A stretch of DNA of 64,000 nucleotides from an uncultured bacterium (GTDB taxonomy: Bacteria; Zixibacteria; MSB-5A5; JAABVY01; JAHJOQ01): assembly GCA_965369655.1 (NCBI GenBank), contig CBDUQR010000003.1:1-64000 (forward strand), written 5' to 3'. Both the position numbers and the translations under genes were made by a program. The notes under the pieces are model-generated. The model searched no databases. It was not told the origin of the DNA and saw nothing but the letters and a program-made list of their open reading frames with translations. Numbering within the stretch: the stretch's first letter is position 1; every line of letters starts with the position of its first letter. Shown in pieces: positions 11,177 through 22,259 of the stretch.

Positions 11177-11230
11177 GGGGATACTCACGCACAGACTAAC
11201 AGACGTCAGAAGCCGATCTGGAGCCAGGGT

Positions 11231-11755
11231 ATGCGCTCAGCAATAATTCGCTTGTCGAACTGTATTCGAGCACTGTTCATCCTTCTTATGTGCCTGGGTC
11301 TTACAGGATGCTGCTCGATCGTGCCGTTCATCAAGTGCGAATCCACAAGACAGGTGGTTCTCAAATGGACCGCTGACGCCGACAGCAATAATAAGAGATC
11401 GGTACAGGCCGTTCTGTTTGTCCTTACCGGACGTGAGACATTCATGAAATGCAGCAGCAAGGTGGTGTTCGATCCGAAATCCGATCCGACAACCTACAGC
11501 GAACTGGGGATCATTGACTCTACGTCGTTCACAATGTTGCCGGGAGAAGCGGGTTCGGTAGTGTTTAATGTTTCTGAGAGTGACGCTGATGAAATCGACA
11601 TGCCTGTTTATCTCGGGATCATAGCCAACTACGCGTCCCCTGACACGGATGACGCCGGTCGAGTCATTTTTCCACTCGGGAATGTCAAGTTCCCGCTGGA
11701 GGTAAGTCTGCGTTCGTCCCGAGACCGACTGTCGGGATGGATCGCAGGGAAGTAG
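11231..11755 (+). CDS. tssJ: T6SS lipoprotein TssJ-like
   Basis: Lipobox LTGC, 'YLGIIANY' motif, position directly before tssK. Confidence 0.65.
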   Translation: MRSAIIRLSNCIRALFILLMCLGLTGCCSIVPFIKCESTRQVVLKWTADADSNNKRSVQAVLFVLTGRETFMKCSSKVVFDPKSDPTTYSELGIIDSTSFTMLPGEAGSVVFNVSESDADEIDMPVYLGIIANYASPDTDDAGRVIFPLGNVKFPLEVSLRSSRDRLSGWIAGK

Positions 11756-11776
11756 TTCTTACGTGAGGCATCTGCT

Positions 11777-13147
11777 ATGAGTAAGGCCCGCAAAGTTCTC
11801 TGGAGAGAAGGACTGTTTCTGACTCCCCAGCATTTTCAGGCGCTGGATGGCAGAGTAGAGTGGCTGTCACAGTTTAACACAAAGTGTCTCAGCCAGTATT
11901 TCTGGGGACTCTATTCTCTCGATATCGACTTGGAATCGGTGTCGAACTGGCAGTTTACGGTGAAATCGGTCCAGGCGATAATGCGTGACGGAAGTGTGAT
12001 CGATTGTCCTGATATTGACGGGCTTCCACCGGCAAGATCTTTCGAGGACCTGCTGACGCCCGACAAGCAGTCATTGGCAGTCTACCTTGCGCTTCCACGC
12101 GAAGATGAAGGACGTCCTGCAGTGAAGCTGGCCGAGGATGGTCCCGGTGAACGGATCAGATACGAGAGAGTAATCCAGGAGGTCACGGACTACGTGACCG
12201 GATCGAAACCTCGTGAGATCGAATTCGTCATGAAACGTCCGGAGATAAGGTTTCAGGGAGAGCAATCGGATGCTTTCGACATCTTGCCGATTGCGCAGCT
12301 TCAGCTCGTTGGATCGGGACGGCCCTCCCTGGCAGCCGGCTTTCTCCCGCCCTGCCTGGCGTTGTCTGCCTCGCCCCTGTGGATGGATACAGTGAGATCC
12401 ATGTTTGGTCGTGTGAATGCACTCGCATCGGACCTCTGCGCGAAGCTCACCTACGGTTCGGATCGACGTTTGAACCTCACGATTCCGGACATTCCCGATT
12501 ACCTGCAGGCCAGAGAGCTTGCCACTATTGTGCCGATCCTGCAGCAGTATTATGAAGACCCTCTCGCCCATCCGTTCTCAGTCTACCAGACTCTGACCGC
12601 TCTTCTCGCCCGCCTCGGCGTGGTGTTTGGATTCTCGGACCCGAACTGTGCCGACAATTTCATGCCTTACGACCACGAGTCACCGAGCAAAGGCCTGGCT
12701 TCTCTTGTTCAGAATCTTGAGGAGATGTTCAACCTGATCAGGATGGCTCCACAGGATTCAATTCCGACCGAGCCTATGCCCGGACGTGAAGGGATGTGGA
12801 TCAGCGACCTGTCAGGCATACAGTTGACCGGGACCGAGGAGTTCTATGTCTGGGCGCGGGCAGAGATGGAAGACGACGAATTCATGCAGGATTTCAGTCA
12901 GAAGTTCCGTGTGGCTTCGCCGGAGCAGATCGACCAACTCATAACATTCGCTCTGCCCGGAGTTCCGCTGTCCAAAGTCATAAATCCCCCGGTCATGCTC
13001 AGAGCACCACAGAAGGGTCACTACTTCCTCATAGACACGCGCCATGAAATGTGGAGAAAGGTGCTCGACTCCAGGAAGCTTGTGCTGTCAGCCAGACAGG
13101 AGGATTTTCCAGATCTGCAGGTTCGCCTGCATGTCCTGAGGTCATGA
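11777..13147 (+). CDS. tssK: T6SS baseplate subunit TssK
   Basis: KVLWREGLFLTPQHFQ N-terminus, PPCL, ALPGVPL. Confidence 0.95.
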   Translation: MSKARKVLWREGLFLTPQHFQALDGRVEWLSQFNTKCLSQYFWGLYSLDIDLESVSNWQFTVKSVQAIMRDGSVIDCPDIDGLPPARSFEDLLTPDKQSLAVYLALPREDEGRPAVKLAEDGPGERIRYERVIQEVTDYVTGSKPREIEFVMKRPEIRFQGEQSDAFDILPIAQLQLVGSGRPSLAAGFLPPCLALSASPLWMDTVRSMFGRVNALASDLCAKLTYGSDRRLNLTIPDIPDYLQARELATIVPILQQYYEDPLAHPFSVYQTLTALLARLGVVFGFSDPNCADNFMPYDHESPSKGLASLVQNLEEMFNLIRMAPQDSIPTEPMPGREGMWISDLSGIQLTGTEEFYVWARAEMEDDEFMQDFSQKFRVASPEQIDQLITFALPGVPLSKVINPPVMLRAPQKGHYFLIDTRHEMWRKVLDSRKLVLSARQEDFPDLQVRLHVLRS

Positions 13148-13187
13148 TTGTCTGATAGGAATTGCGCCATTTGTCGATGTAGGTCAT

Positions 13188-13862
13188 ATGTTTGACGAAC
13201 CGGAAAGACGACAGACACTGCTCCAACTCTACACGCCTGTGTTCGCCCTGATCTCCGCCCTGGAAGTCAGCAGAGATTATGGGAATCCCAGGGATTTAGC
13301 CGAGAAAACGAAGAAGCTCCTCGATTCCGTGCGGGCAAACTCCCAAGTCACGGGAAAGAATATGGACTGGGTGGCTGATGCTCAATACGCCGTGGTGGCG
13401 TTCGTGGATGAGTCGATCAATCGCTCCGAATGGCATGGCAAGGAAGAATGGAAGCGGTTGCCGCTGAGTGCGATGTTGGGACTCCAATCGAACACAGGGG
13501 TCCTCTTCTTCCAAAAACTTGAAGCCTGGATGCAAAGCCCATCACCTCCAGCGGAGGTGCTCGAAGTATTCTATACGTGTATCGGGCTTGGCTTTCAGGG
13601 ACAGTATTTCACACAGCAGGATACGCTTGCACGGATCAAGAGAGAATTGTTCCAGGTACTTTCCGAAGGCGAAAGCCCTCCGGAAAGGCTCTCTCCAAAC
13701 GCCGATCGGAAGGCCAACGAGCGCATTGATCCCGGATCCGACTCGTTTCCCTGGATCTGGTTGGTTGGGATTGCAGTCGGTGCTCTACTGATAGTGTTCC
13801 TGGTTCTGAAATTCCTGAGCGTTAGTGAAATAAGCAAACTGGTCGACGCCCTGAAATCATGA
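13188..13862 (+). CDS. tssL: T6SS membrane protein TssL/DotU
   Basis: AQYAVVAFVDE, GLGFQGQY, C-terminal TM helix. Confidence 0.93.
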   Translation: MFDEPERRQTLLQLYTPVFALISALEVSRDYGNPRDLAEKTKKLLDSVRANSQVTGKNMDWVADAQYAVVAFVDESINRSEWHGKEEWKRLPLSAMLGLQSNTGVLFFQKLEAWMQSPSPPAEVLEVFYTCIGLGFQGQYFTQQDTLARIKRELFQVLSEGESPPERLSPNADRKANERIDPGSDSFPWIWLVGIAVGALLIVFLVLKFLSVSEISKLVDALKS

Positions 13863-13914
13863 CGGCGTCAGCGATGAATATATTGATTGTAGACGGAGAC
13901 CATCTGATAATAAC

Positions 13915-16900
13915 ATGGTTCAAATACTTCTAAAGCTGCTCGGATCCAAGTTCGGCAAGTTTGCAGGATTGCTGCTTCTGGTCTGCCTGTTGTTCATTGT
14001 CAGGGTGGTGGTTTACCCGCGAGACTGGCCGTTCTATAGTATTGTATACTGGGTTATATTTGCTGTCCTGATAATCGCCGTCTATCTGGCCTGGATCGCG
14101 TACTCCAATGTCCAAACGAAGAAGAAGAACAAGGCTCTCGAAGACTCACTCGTCGAAGATGCCAGGAGAGATGAGGCAAGCGCCCGCCCGGACAAACGAA
14201 AAGACTATAGTCATGTAAGGGCGAACCTCGAGTATGCCATCAGCTTGCTCGAAAAAAGCAGGCCGAAGGATTACAAGGGGGCCGCGCTCTATCGCCTTCC
14301 ATGGGTGATGGTTGTGGGTCCACCGGCGGACGGCAAGACGACCGCAATAATGAACGCCGGCATACGGTGGCCTCAGGACCCGAGACTCGACGAGGCAACC
14401 AGGGGAGCATTCGGCAAGAAAGTCGGAGGATCGGGCGGCACCAGAAGCTGCAACTGGTTCTTCTCATCCGATGCCATAATCCTCGATACAGCCGGCAGAT
14501 TTCAGGCGAGAGACCAGGGCGAGATCGATGAAAACGAGTGGCTCCAGTTCCTCAAGATGATTCAGAGATACCGTCCCCGGCGACCTGTGAATGGCGTCAT
14601 CGCTCTCTGCAGCGTCGAAAGGGTTCTCGGCGACAGTAAGGAAGCCGATGAGTGGGCAAAGAAAATCCGCAGACAGATCAACGAGATCATGGAACAGCTC
14701 GGCACGCATGTTCCCGTATACCTGATCTTCAATAAGTGCGATTTGATTCACGGGTTCATCGAGTACTTCCAGGACCTGAACAAGGAAGCCCGCAAGCAAG
14801 TCTGGGGATTCACGAGAAACTACAGACCCCAGATGCGAAAATCGGGTCAGGGTCTGGAGTCCGAGCTCGACTCCATCAAGACCGATCTCGATATCGAACT
14901 CGACAGCTTGTTCGAGGTTGTGGAAAAAAGAAGGCTGAATCGTCTGAATGATCCCGAACTATTTCCATCCGAGAAATCCGCCCTCTGCATCTTTCCCAGC
15001 GAATTCGGCGAGATACGTGAGCCCATCAAGAGATTCGTCAAGAACGTATTCTATGAGAATCCGTATGGTCACAACCCGGTCCTGCGTGGGATATACTTCA
15101 CGAGCGCCACACAGTATGAGGGAAACCCGATTGTCCAGTTGATGAATCAGGTGGCGGGTGAATATGACATTCCTCTCGACGCCCTGCCGGTCTCATCGAA
15201 ACAGACCGTCGATACGTATTTCCTGCACGACCTGATGACCGACGTCGTTTTCAAGGACGAGCATCTCGGCGGCAGATTCAAGCGATCGTTGTACGACAGG
15301 ACTCGTATGTTCGCTGCCGCAGGAGTTGTAGCTGCAACTCTGCTGATTGGGCTGTGGATGATCCTGTCCTACTCCATCAATTCGTCAAAGAATTCCGACA
15401 TCTTCAAGCTGGCCGAGCAGACTGAGTCGGTCAGATGGGCGCAGGATCTCGATGGTAGAGTCCAGGCGCTGACGACGCTCGACCAGCTCAGGGTGAAGCT
15501 CGACGACTACAGGTCTACAGGATCTGTTTTCGGCCTGTTTTACTGGCTATTCGGCAGAGGCAAGCGCGGAGAACTGACTCAGTCGATCGATGAAATGCTT
15601 GCCACAAAAACGAGAGAGATGTTCGTCGAGTATGCATATAACTCGAGCGCCAGGGTGCTCAAAACGACCATCAGGGATCACTCGGAATACATATCGAGTT
15701 TCAGGACTTATCGATACTTGACCGATCCGATGAAGTCCTCCGGCGTGAGAGCCGAAGCAGTTGCCAACTTCATAGTGAACCAGCGATTCAGGCAACTTAA
15801 AGATCCAGAGGATCGCTCAAGCTGCAGGCTCATGCTATCGAAGCTCATGAACTACTATGCCGAATCGACGTCTGCGGAACAGTATGAGCAAGATCAGAGA
15901 CTGATAGATCGGGCGATGAAACGAATAGAGGTCGAGTGGGACTGGCTGGCCTATCTCGGCGAGATTCTCGAAGACTACACGCGCAGCGACGATGGAGCGC
16001 TTACTACAGCCGAATTCGATCTGATCAAAGGCAGAGCCGTTGTGCCATACGTCTTCACCAAGTCCGGCTGGGAGGATTATACACAGGACATTCTTGACAG
16101 CGCTTACAGCAACATAACGGACGATCCAATTCTGGATTCATTGATAGGCGAAGCCGGACGCACACGAGACCGAAGTCCCCTGGAGGATGCTTTTGCTCTT
16201 CATTGCAAGCGAGTCTGGAAATCGTTCTTCGAGGATATCGAATTCGACTTGGAGGGCATGAGCAAGTTCACGTTGCTTCTGGAGCTTAGCGGCGGTCAAT
16301 CTCCACTGGAGGAACTCTTTGTCAGGGCCGCCGAAGAATCCGGCTTCCAGCAGCAGGAGTTGAAATCATTCTTCGCTGACCTGCACAGCTTCACCGGTAT
16401 TATGCCACAGACAGGGTATTTCGACTCGCTGCCCATCGGAGGGTCGAGCGACGAGGGTAAACCGCTGCCGATCGATGAATATATGCTTGCGATTGGCGAT
16501 CTGGAGAGGGCGGTCGATGCCTCAGATGCCAGCGAGCAGTGCGCTGAAGCCTACACCAGCGCTCGTGCACAGATTCGTCAGGCCAGGAACGATCTTGGCA
16601 TCGATCTGAAAGCGTCATCGCTGTCATCCGATCTCTCGAGGCTGCTGGAGAAGCCATTCGAACTCGCTACCTCGGCTGCGGCCGGTAATACGGTGAACTG
16701 TCTCAACTCCATCTGGGCAAGCGATGTGTATGGTCATTTCGAGGCCGAGTTCAGAGACCACTACCCGTTCTCGCCAACCGGTAGAGATGTCTCGCACGAG
16801 AGCATCAGCAGTTTCTTCAGCTATGACGGACCCCTCCGGACATTCGAACGAGACGAGGCTGCACCGGCAGAGAAAGCGGGTTTCGGATTGAGCAGCAGCT

Positions 16901-17349
16901 ACAAGAAATCTTTGTCACTGGGCAAGGGAATCTATGATCTTGTCGGCGAGTCTGGCAGCACAATAAAGCTCATGTTCAGAAACAACCTGGTGCATCCCAG
17001 GTGCGAGCGAATCACGATGTCGAAGGGTTCCGGCACGCAGTTTTTTTCCTATGCGAACGGTCCGGACGAGCAGGTCAGGATGAAGTTGCCATGGCAGTCC
17101 GAGTATCTTGAACTCCGAATGAGAATGAGCGACCGTACCAGTGTCGAGCCGTTTGTGTTTGAGGGAGTATGGGCTCCCCTGAAGCTTCTCGACAAAACGG
17201 AATTCGATAAGAACATGAATGGCAAACTCCACTCCGAGAGCAACAGGGATATGTACATAGGCTTCAAGCTTGTCGGAACGTCGGGTGAATCACCTGTCCG
17301 ATTGTTCAGAGATTTCAGATCAAAATTGCCGAAAAAGATAAGCAATTAG
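13915..17349 (+). CDS. tssM: T6SS membrane core TssM/IcmF
   Basis: N-terminal TMs, LYRLPW..VGPPADGKTT, GTRSCNWFF, LDTAGR, RGIYFTSATQ. Confidence 0.95.
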   Translation: MVQILLKLLGSKFGKFAGLLLLVCLLFIVRVVVYPRDWPFYSIVYWVIFAVLIIAVYLAWIAYSNVQTKKKNKALEDSLVEDARRDEASARPDKRKDYSHVRANLEYAISLLEKSRPKDYKGAALYRLPWVMVVGPPADGKTTAIMNAGIRWPQDPRLDEATRGAFGKKVGGSGGTRSCNWFFSSDAIILDTAGRFQARDQGEIDENEWLQFLKMIQRYRPRRPVNGVIALCSVERVLGDSKEADEWAKKIRRQINEIMEQLGTHVPVYLIFNKCDLIHGFIEYFQDLNKEARKQVWGFTRNYRPQMRKSGQGLESELDSIKTDLDIELDSLFEVVEKRRLNRLNDPELFPSEKSALCIFPSEFGEIREPIKRFVKNVFYENPYGHNPVLRGIYFTSATQYEGNPIVQLMNQVAGEYDIPLDALPVSSKQTVDTYFLHDLMTDVVFKDEHLGGRFKRSLYDRTRMFAAAGVVAATLLIGLWMILSYSINSSKNSDIFKLAEQTESVRWAQDLDGRVQALTTLDQLRVKLDDYRSTGSVFGLFYWLFGRGKRGELTQSIDEMLATKTREMFVEYAYNSSARVLKTTIRDHSEYISSFRTYRYLTDPMKSSGVRAEAVANFIVNQRFRQLKDPEDRSSCRLMLSKLMNYYAESTSAEQYEQDQRLIDRAMKRIEVEWDWLAYLGEILEDYTRSDDGALTTAEFDLIKGRAVVPYVFTKSGWEDYTQDILDSAYSNITDDPILDSLIGEAGRTRDRSPLEDAFALHCKRVWKSFFEDIEFDLEGMSKFTLLLELSGGQSPLEELFVRAAEESGFQQQELKSFFADLHSFTGIMPQTGYFDSLPIGGSSDEGKPLPIDEYMLAIGDLERAVDASDASEQCAEAYTSARAQIRQARNDLGIDLKASSLSSDLSRLLEKPFELATSAAAGNTVNCLNSIWASDVYGHFEAEFRDHYPFSPTGRDVSHESISSFFSYDGPLRTFERDEAAPAEKAGFGLSSSYKKSLSLGKGIYDLVGESGSTIKLMFRNNLVHPRCERITMSKGSGTQFFSYANGPDEQVRMKLPWQSEYLELRMRMSDRTSVEPFVFEGVWAPLKLLDKTEFDKNMNGKLHSESNRDMYIGFKLVGTSGESPVRLFRDFRSKLPKKISN

Positions 17350-17358
17350 AGTAGACGC

Positions 17359-18315
17359 ATGGCACTCGCAGTCGGATTCTACGGGAAACTACCTGCTTTC
17401 GAGGACTTTATCAAGTCGGATAGCTGGTCCGGATCGATCTCCGAGTATCGGGACTGGTTCGATGATGCATTCGATCATCTGGTCCGCAAGATGGGTGAAT
17501 CATTTTCCGAGGAATTCCCATCCCTCCCGAGACTCGGTAGCGTAGTGAAAGCTGGCGATGCTAAACGTCCCATCGTTTGTCTCAGCATGCCATCGAATGA
17601 TACTTCCGGGAGAATTGCCCCATTCAACCTGTTGGCGGAAGCACCGTCATCTATGCTCAAGAAAGCTCTACTGTTGATTCCGGACGCATACTGGATGTTC
17701 TGTCAGATCGGGATCAGAGCAATGGAGAACCCGGAGAATGCGTTCGGGTTCGACATGCAGAGGAACACAGTATGGAAGCTCCAGGAGGGAGTACCACTCA
17801 ACGAGAGCAGATCTGCAGGAAGATACTCTGCCTACCTGAAGAACACCGCGCTGGAGACTTTCCTCGAGTCTTACAACACTCTCTCGAGTAAGACCGATGG
17901 ACAACAGGTTTTCAGGACTGTTTTTTCCGCGCTGGCGCCGACCCGTGATTCGTTCTCCGAATCTTTCCAGGCTGTTCTTCGTTTCCCGCTCTTTTTCCCT
18001 GTCGATGATCGCGGTCTCGAGATGGCGTTCTGGACGAATTTCGCCCAGACAGTTCTCGGCGTGCGCTTGAAGAACCTGAGCCTGTTCTGGACAGAGGACC
18101 ATTTCGACATTGCCTTCAGGACTCCTGATGAACGACTGCTGGCTCTCGCCTGGCTCCCCGGGATAGAGGATGACAGCATATGGGATTTCTGCACGATGGA
18201 TCTGAGTTCTGACGAAGCGGAAGACAATCGCAGAATCCGGTTTGATGACCTCCTGCGGCAAAAAGAGCAGTCTCTGGAGTCATTCCTGAGCGGCACTGCC
18301 GATATAATGAAGTAG
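17359..18315 (+). CDS. tagF: T6SS-associated regulator TagF
   Basis: GFYGKLPAFEDF and PSNDTSGR..PF motifs, located after tssM. Confidence 0.8.
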   Translation: MALAVGFYGKLPAFEDFIKSDSWSGSISEYRDWFDDAFDHLVRKMGESFSEEFPSLPRLGSVVKAGDAKRPIVCLSMPSNDTSGRIAPFNLLAEAPSSMLKKALLLIPDAYWMFCQIGIRAMENPENAFGFDMQRNTVWKLQEGVPLNESRSAGRYSAYLKNTALETFLESYNTLSSKTDGQQVFRTVFSALAPTRDSFSESFQAVLRFPLFFPVDDRGLEMAFWTNFAQTVLGVRLKNLSLFWTEDHFDIAFRTPDERLLALAWLPGIEDDSIWDFCTMDLSSDEAEDNRRIRFDDLLRQKEQSLESFLSGTADIMK

Positions 18316-18334
18316 TAAGCTTAAGTGAGGATAG

Positions 18335-20065
18335 ATGCCCGATTCCGAATATGCCGACCTCGGATCAAACCCGATCAGTTCCGAGAACCCGGTCGGTGAG
18401 GATATCCGATACGAACCTGATTTCGAATGGGTTCAGGAGGAGATAGCCAAGCTGTCGAAGGCAGTGCTGGTGCGAACCGGCGAGGAGGAGGAAGACCAGC
18501 CGGGGAAACCTCATTTCGTCTACGAAGAAGTCGACTGGGATGAAATCGTCAGGCGATCGGAGACAATTCTGAGGGAGCGGTGCAAAGACCTGCGCATCGC
18601 AGCCTGGCTGACAAGGGGGCTGATCGAGCTACGTGCCTTCGAAGGAATGGTTGACGGTCTAACTGTCTTCACCAGGATGACAGGAGAATACTGGGACAAT
18701 GTCCACCCACAGAGGCCGAATGCGAGAGCAGCCGTGATCGAGCTGTTGCGTGACTATATCAAGGAGGCGTGTGAAGGTGGCCGCAACACAAAAGCACTAA
18801 GTGTTTCAGCAGGCGATGAACCGGTGGTGACGAGAGTATCGAAACTTGTCAGCAAACTGAACTCTATTGTAACCGAAAAACTCCCTGATTCATCCATAAG
18901 CTTCAACTTGGTCGAATCCGCTTTGGAAAAGAAGATTGCAGAGGCGAGAGCCAGGGCTGAACAGCAGAATCACGCCGTAGAAGATTCCGCGACTGAGACA
19001 GCACAGGCTGAGGCTCCGCAGCAGCAAGTCCATATGCAGTCTCAACCTGTCGCACCACCGCCGGCGACCGGGCCGGCACATCAGGCTCCGGGAGAGGCCG
19101 CACGACAGGAAGATCGACAGCCCGGATTGGATTTCTCGAAGAGCGCCGACAGACAGAAGTACTTCACCGATCTTCAGAAACTCGCTATAGAATACCACAG
19201 CCATGGAATTAAGCAAAACCCTCGTGATCCGGTTCCGTATGTGTGGATCAGATCGGTCTTCTGGTTCCCATTGGGATTCACCGAGAACACGCCTTTCATC
19301 CCGATGCAAAGCCCAAATGAGACCCTGCGGAAGAGCTTGTCAGATATGTATGATTCGGGTGAATGGGGCGATCTGCTGTCTGCGTCCGAACGTCAGTTCC
19401 CGAGCTTCTGGTTCTGGCTGGACCTCCAGAGGTATACTGTTGAGGCGCTCGAGGCGCTCGGCAGCGATTACGACGAAGCGCGTCAGGCGGTTGTATCCCA
19501 GAACATTTTTCTCTTGCGGCGCATGCCCTTTTTTGTTAATTTTAATACTCAGGACGGTGTCTCGGTAGCTTCTGCTGAGACCCAGGAATGGTTACAGGAA
19601 ACAGCATCGAGAAAGCATGCGGAGGCGGAAGCTCCTCCAGTTGCTGCTGACATCAGGAACCTGACATCGGGAGAGAGCAGGGATACGCTTTCCTACGATG
19701 CTAAGGGATCGGTACAGGAGAATCTGGAAAAGGCTCGGGAATATCTCCAATCTTCAAGGAGCGAGCGCGACAGTTTCATAGCTCAATTGAAGCTCTCCGA
19801 GCTTCTGCTCCACAAGAAGGAGATTGTCCTTGCCTACAGCTATCTCGACAGGCTCTCCAGCCTGATCGGGCAGCACCAACTGGAGGTGTGGGAACCCGAA
19901 CTTGCCGTAGACGCGCTCAAGGTCCTGCACGCGTGCTGCCTGAGAATGAGTCGAGTTAGAAAGGATGAGAAGCGGTTCTTTATCGAGCAGGCCAGAGCCA
20001 TAGTCCAGAGAATCGCGGCTCTCGATCCGGTCGTAGCCGCGGAAGCGGTCAAGAGAGGTTCATAG
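18335..20065 (+). CDS. tssA: T6SS TssA (ImpA_N plus VasJ-like C-terminus)
   Basis: PIS..NPVGEDIRYEPDF, KDLRIAAWL, YWDNVHPQR, FWLDLQRY, WEPEL. Confidence 0.92.
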   Translation: MPDSEYADLGSNPISSENPVGEDIRYEPDFEWVQEEIAKLSKAVLVRTGEEEEDQPGKPHFVYEEVDWDEIVRRSETILRERCKDLRIAAWLTRGLIELRAFEGMVDGLTVFTRMTGEYWDNVHPQRPNARAAVIELLRDYIKEACEGGRNTKALSVSAGDEPVVTRVSKLVSKLNSIVTEKLPDSSISFNLVESALEKKIAEARARAEQQNHAVEDSATETAQAEAPQQQVHMQSQPVAPPPATGPAHQAPGEAARQEDRQPGLDFSKSADRQKYFTDLQKLAIEYHSHGIKQNPRDPVPYVWIRSVFWFPLGFTENTPFIPMQSPNETLRKSLSDMYDSGEWGDLLSASERQFPSFWFWLDLQRYTVEALEALGSDYDEARQAVVSQNIFLLRRMPFFVNFNTQDGVSVASAETQEWLQETASRKHAEAEAPPVAADIRNLTSGESRDTLSYDAKGSVQENLEKAREYLQSSRSERDSFIAQLKLSELLLHKKEIVLAYSYLDRLSSLIGQHQLEVWEPELAVDALKVLHACCLRMSRVRKDEKRFFIEQARAIVQRIAALDPVVAAEAVKRGS

Positions 20066-20166
20066 GAGACGGACAACGTGGAGATTCAGGATGGCTGTCG
20101 TTTCCAGCAGTTGTGTAAACAAGTAATTTGATATAACAAGATTCCGGCATAGTAAAGGAGATTGTT

Positions 20167-20640
20167 ATGCCCAAAGACGAATCAAGCGTGGCACCGAAGG
20201 AAATGGTGAACATACGCCTTCCCGCTCCGTCGCCCGGTGCGGAGGGTGAGGAGTTACCACTGCGCCTCGCGGTGATCGGAGACTTCACAGGCGAAAAGGA
20301 CGACACTGCCGTCGCAAAACGCAAACTTCGTAACATCAACCAGAAGAATTTTAACGAGATCATGGCCTCTATGAACATCAAGACGTCCTTCTCGGTAAAG
20401 AATAAGGTTGGTGGCCGCGAAGACGAAGAGATTCCGGTCGATTTGAAGATCGACAGTATGAAGTCGTTCAGACCGGAGCAGATCGCCAAGCAGGTGCCGC
20501 AAGTACGGGATCTGGTTGAGTTCAGGAAGAAACTGATAGACTTGCGTGCGGAAGCAGTAAGAGACCCAGATAAGCTCAAGGAACTCAACGACGTTCTGGC
20601 ACGACTTGGAATGGACAAATCCGGGGAGAAGGCGGAATAG
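20167..20640 (+). CDS. tssB: T6SS sheath small subunit TssB
   Basis: SVAPKE.VNI, ELPLRLAVIGDFTG, FRPEQIAKQVP. Confidence 0.95.
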   Translation: MPKDESSVAPKEMVNIRLPAPSPGAEGEELPLRLAVIGDFTGEKDDTAVAKRKLRNINQKNFNEIMASMNIKTSFSVKNKVGGREDEEIPVDLKIDSMKSFRPEQIAKQVPQVRDLVEFRKKLIDLRAEAVRDPDKLKELNDVLARLGMDKSGEKAE

Positions 20641-20687
20641 TAAGGAAGCACGCCTGAAAGACGGGAAATCTATAGCAGGAGGCGGAT

Positions 20688-22184
20688 ATGCCCGACGCTG
20701 ACAAGAAACAGGAAGAAACACAACAGGAGGCGCAGGCCGAAGATAGCAGTCTCGTCCAGGAAATGACGACCCTGTGGGAAGAGGAGGCTACATCCCTCGC
20801 GCCGGACCAACAGGAGATCGGGCGAGATCTCATACAGTTCTTCAAGGACAGAATCAAGGGCGTCAGAATCGACAAGGTCTTCTTCGATTCAGCCCTGAAC
20901 GAGATCGATGCACTTATCGGCGTCCAGCTCGATGAGGTTTTGCATCACGATGATTTCAAGAAGCTCGAATCGGCCTGGCGGGGACTCGAGTGGATGGTGG
21001 AACGCACAGATTTTCGTGAAAACATCCGCATAGAGTTACTGAATGTGTCCAAGGAAGACCTGCTGCAGGATTTCGAGGACACGGTCGGTGACATCACGAC
21101 GACAGGACTCTACGAGCATATCTATAGCAGTCAGTACGGCGCTCCGAACGGAAAGCCATACGGCGGCATGATTCTCAACTACGAGTTTTCACACAAAGCG
21201 CCGGATGTCGCCCTGATGAGTAAGGTCGCTGAGATTTCGAATATGGCACATGCACCGATGATCGGCGGCATTTCGCCGGAACTGTTTGGCCCCAAGGGCT
21301 TCGAGCACCTGACCGACAACAAGTTCAATGTCCAGGAGGCGCTGGCAGGCAAGGAATACGTCAAGTGGAACGGCTTCCGCGAGGATGAGAACGCGCGATA
21401 TGTCGGTCTGGCACTGCCGCATTTCCTTCTTCGACTGCCATACAGCGAGAAGGACAACCCGACCAAGGAGTTCAACTATACCGAGAACGTCAAGGGCGAA
21501 AGCTCGAAGTACCTTTGGGGGAATGCAGCCTTTACGCTGGCCAACAGGCTTACCGATGCGTTCAGGAAATACCGTTGGTGCTGGCGAATTGCCGGTGAAG
21601 AAAGCGGGGGTGCGCTGACTGACCTGAATGTCCACGTCTACGACGAGCATGGCGAGAAAGTCCAGAAGCCGCCGACAGATGTCGGGTTGACCTTCGCCAA
21701 GGAAGAGGAACTCAACAACGCCGGACTGATTCCCGTGCTGTGGTTGCGGGAGAAGGACATAAGCGTCATCTACAGAGCGCCGTCGTTCAAGTTGCCACTC
21801 AGGTACCCTGACACCGAAGAAGGCAACAAAAAGGAACGCGACGACAAGATTCGCACCAGATTCCCATATGTGTTCATCCTGACTCGCTTTGCGCACTATC
21901 TCAAGCGACTCCAGACGAAGTATATCGGCAAGCCGCTTACGAGAGCTCGCGCAGAGCAGGAACTCAACGAGTGGATAAGGCAGTATGTTAATCAGGTCAA
22001 GAGTCCGCAGGAAGGTGAACTCGGCAAACGACCGCTCTATGCCGCCAGCGTGACGGTCGAGGAAGACCCCAAGAATCCGGGAGTGTTCCTCTGCGACGTC
22101 AGAATCACTCCGCATACCATGACGGAGGGTTTCACCACTACGCTGAGCCTTGTCACGAGACAGGACTTCGGAGGTGAAGGCTGA
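20688..22184 (+). CDS. tssC: T6SS sheath large subunit TssC
   Basis: FKKLESAWRGL, AHAP, FLLRLPY, YLWGNAAF, RFAHYLK. Confidence 0.95.
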   Translation: MPDADKKQEETQQEAQAEDSSLVQEMTTLWEEEATSLAPDQQEIGRDLIQFFKDRIKGVRIDKVFFDSALNEIDALIGVQLDEVLHHDDFKKLESAWRGLEWMVERTDFRENIRIELLNVSKEDLLQDFEDTVGDITTTGLYEHIYSSQYGAPNGKPYGGMILNYEFSHKAPDVALMSKVAEISNMAHAPMIGGISPELFGPKGFEHLTDNKFNVQEALAGKEYVKWNGFREDENARYVGLALPHFLLRLPYSEKDNPTKEFNYTENVKGESSKYLWGNAAFTLANRLTDAFRKYRWCWRIAGEESGGALTDLNVHVYDEHGEKVQKPPTDVGLTFAKEEELNNAGLIPVLWLREKDISVIYRAPSFKLPLRYPDTEEGNKKERDDKIRTRFPYVFILTRFAHYLKRLQTKYIGKPLTRARAEQELNEWIRQYVNQVKSPQEGELGKRPLYAASVTVEEDPKNPGVFLCDVRITPHTMTEGFTTTLSLVTRQDFGGEG

Positions 22185-22259
22185 TTGGCTGGCTTCGGCA
22201 GGAAAGAGAGCCAAGTGAATCATTAAGTCAAACGTACTACACGGTGAAAGGAGCAGGAA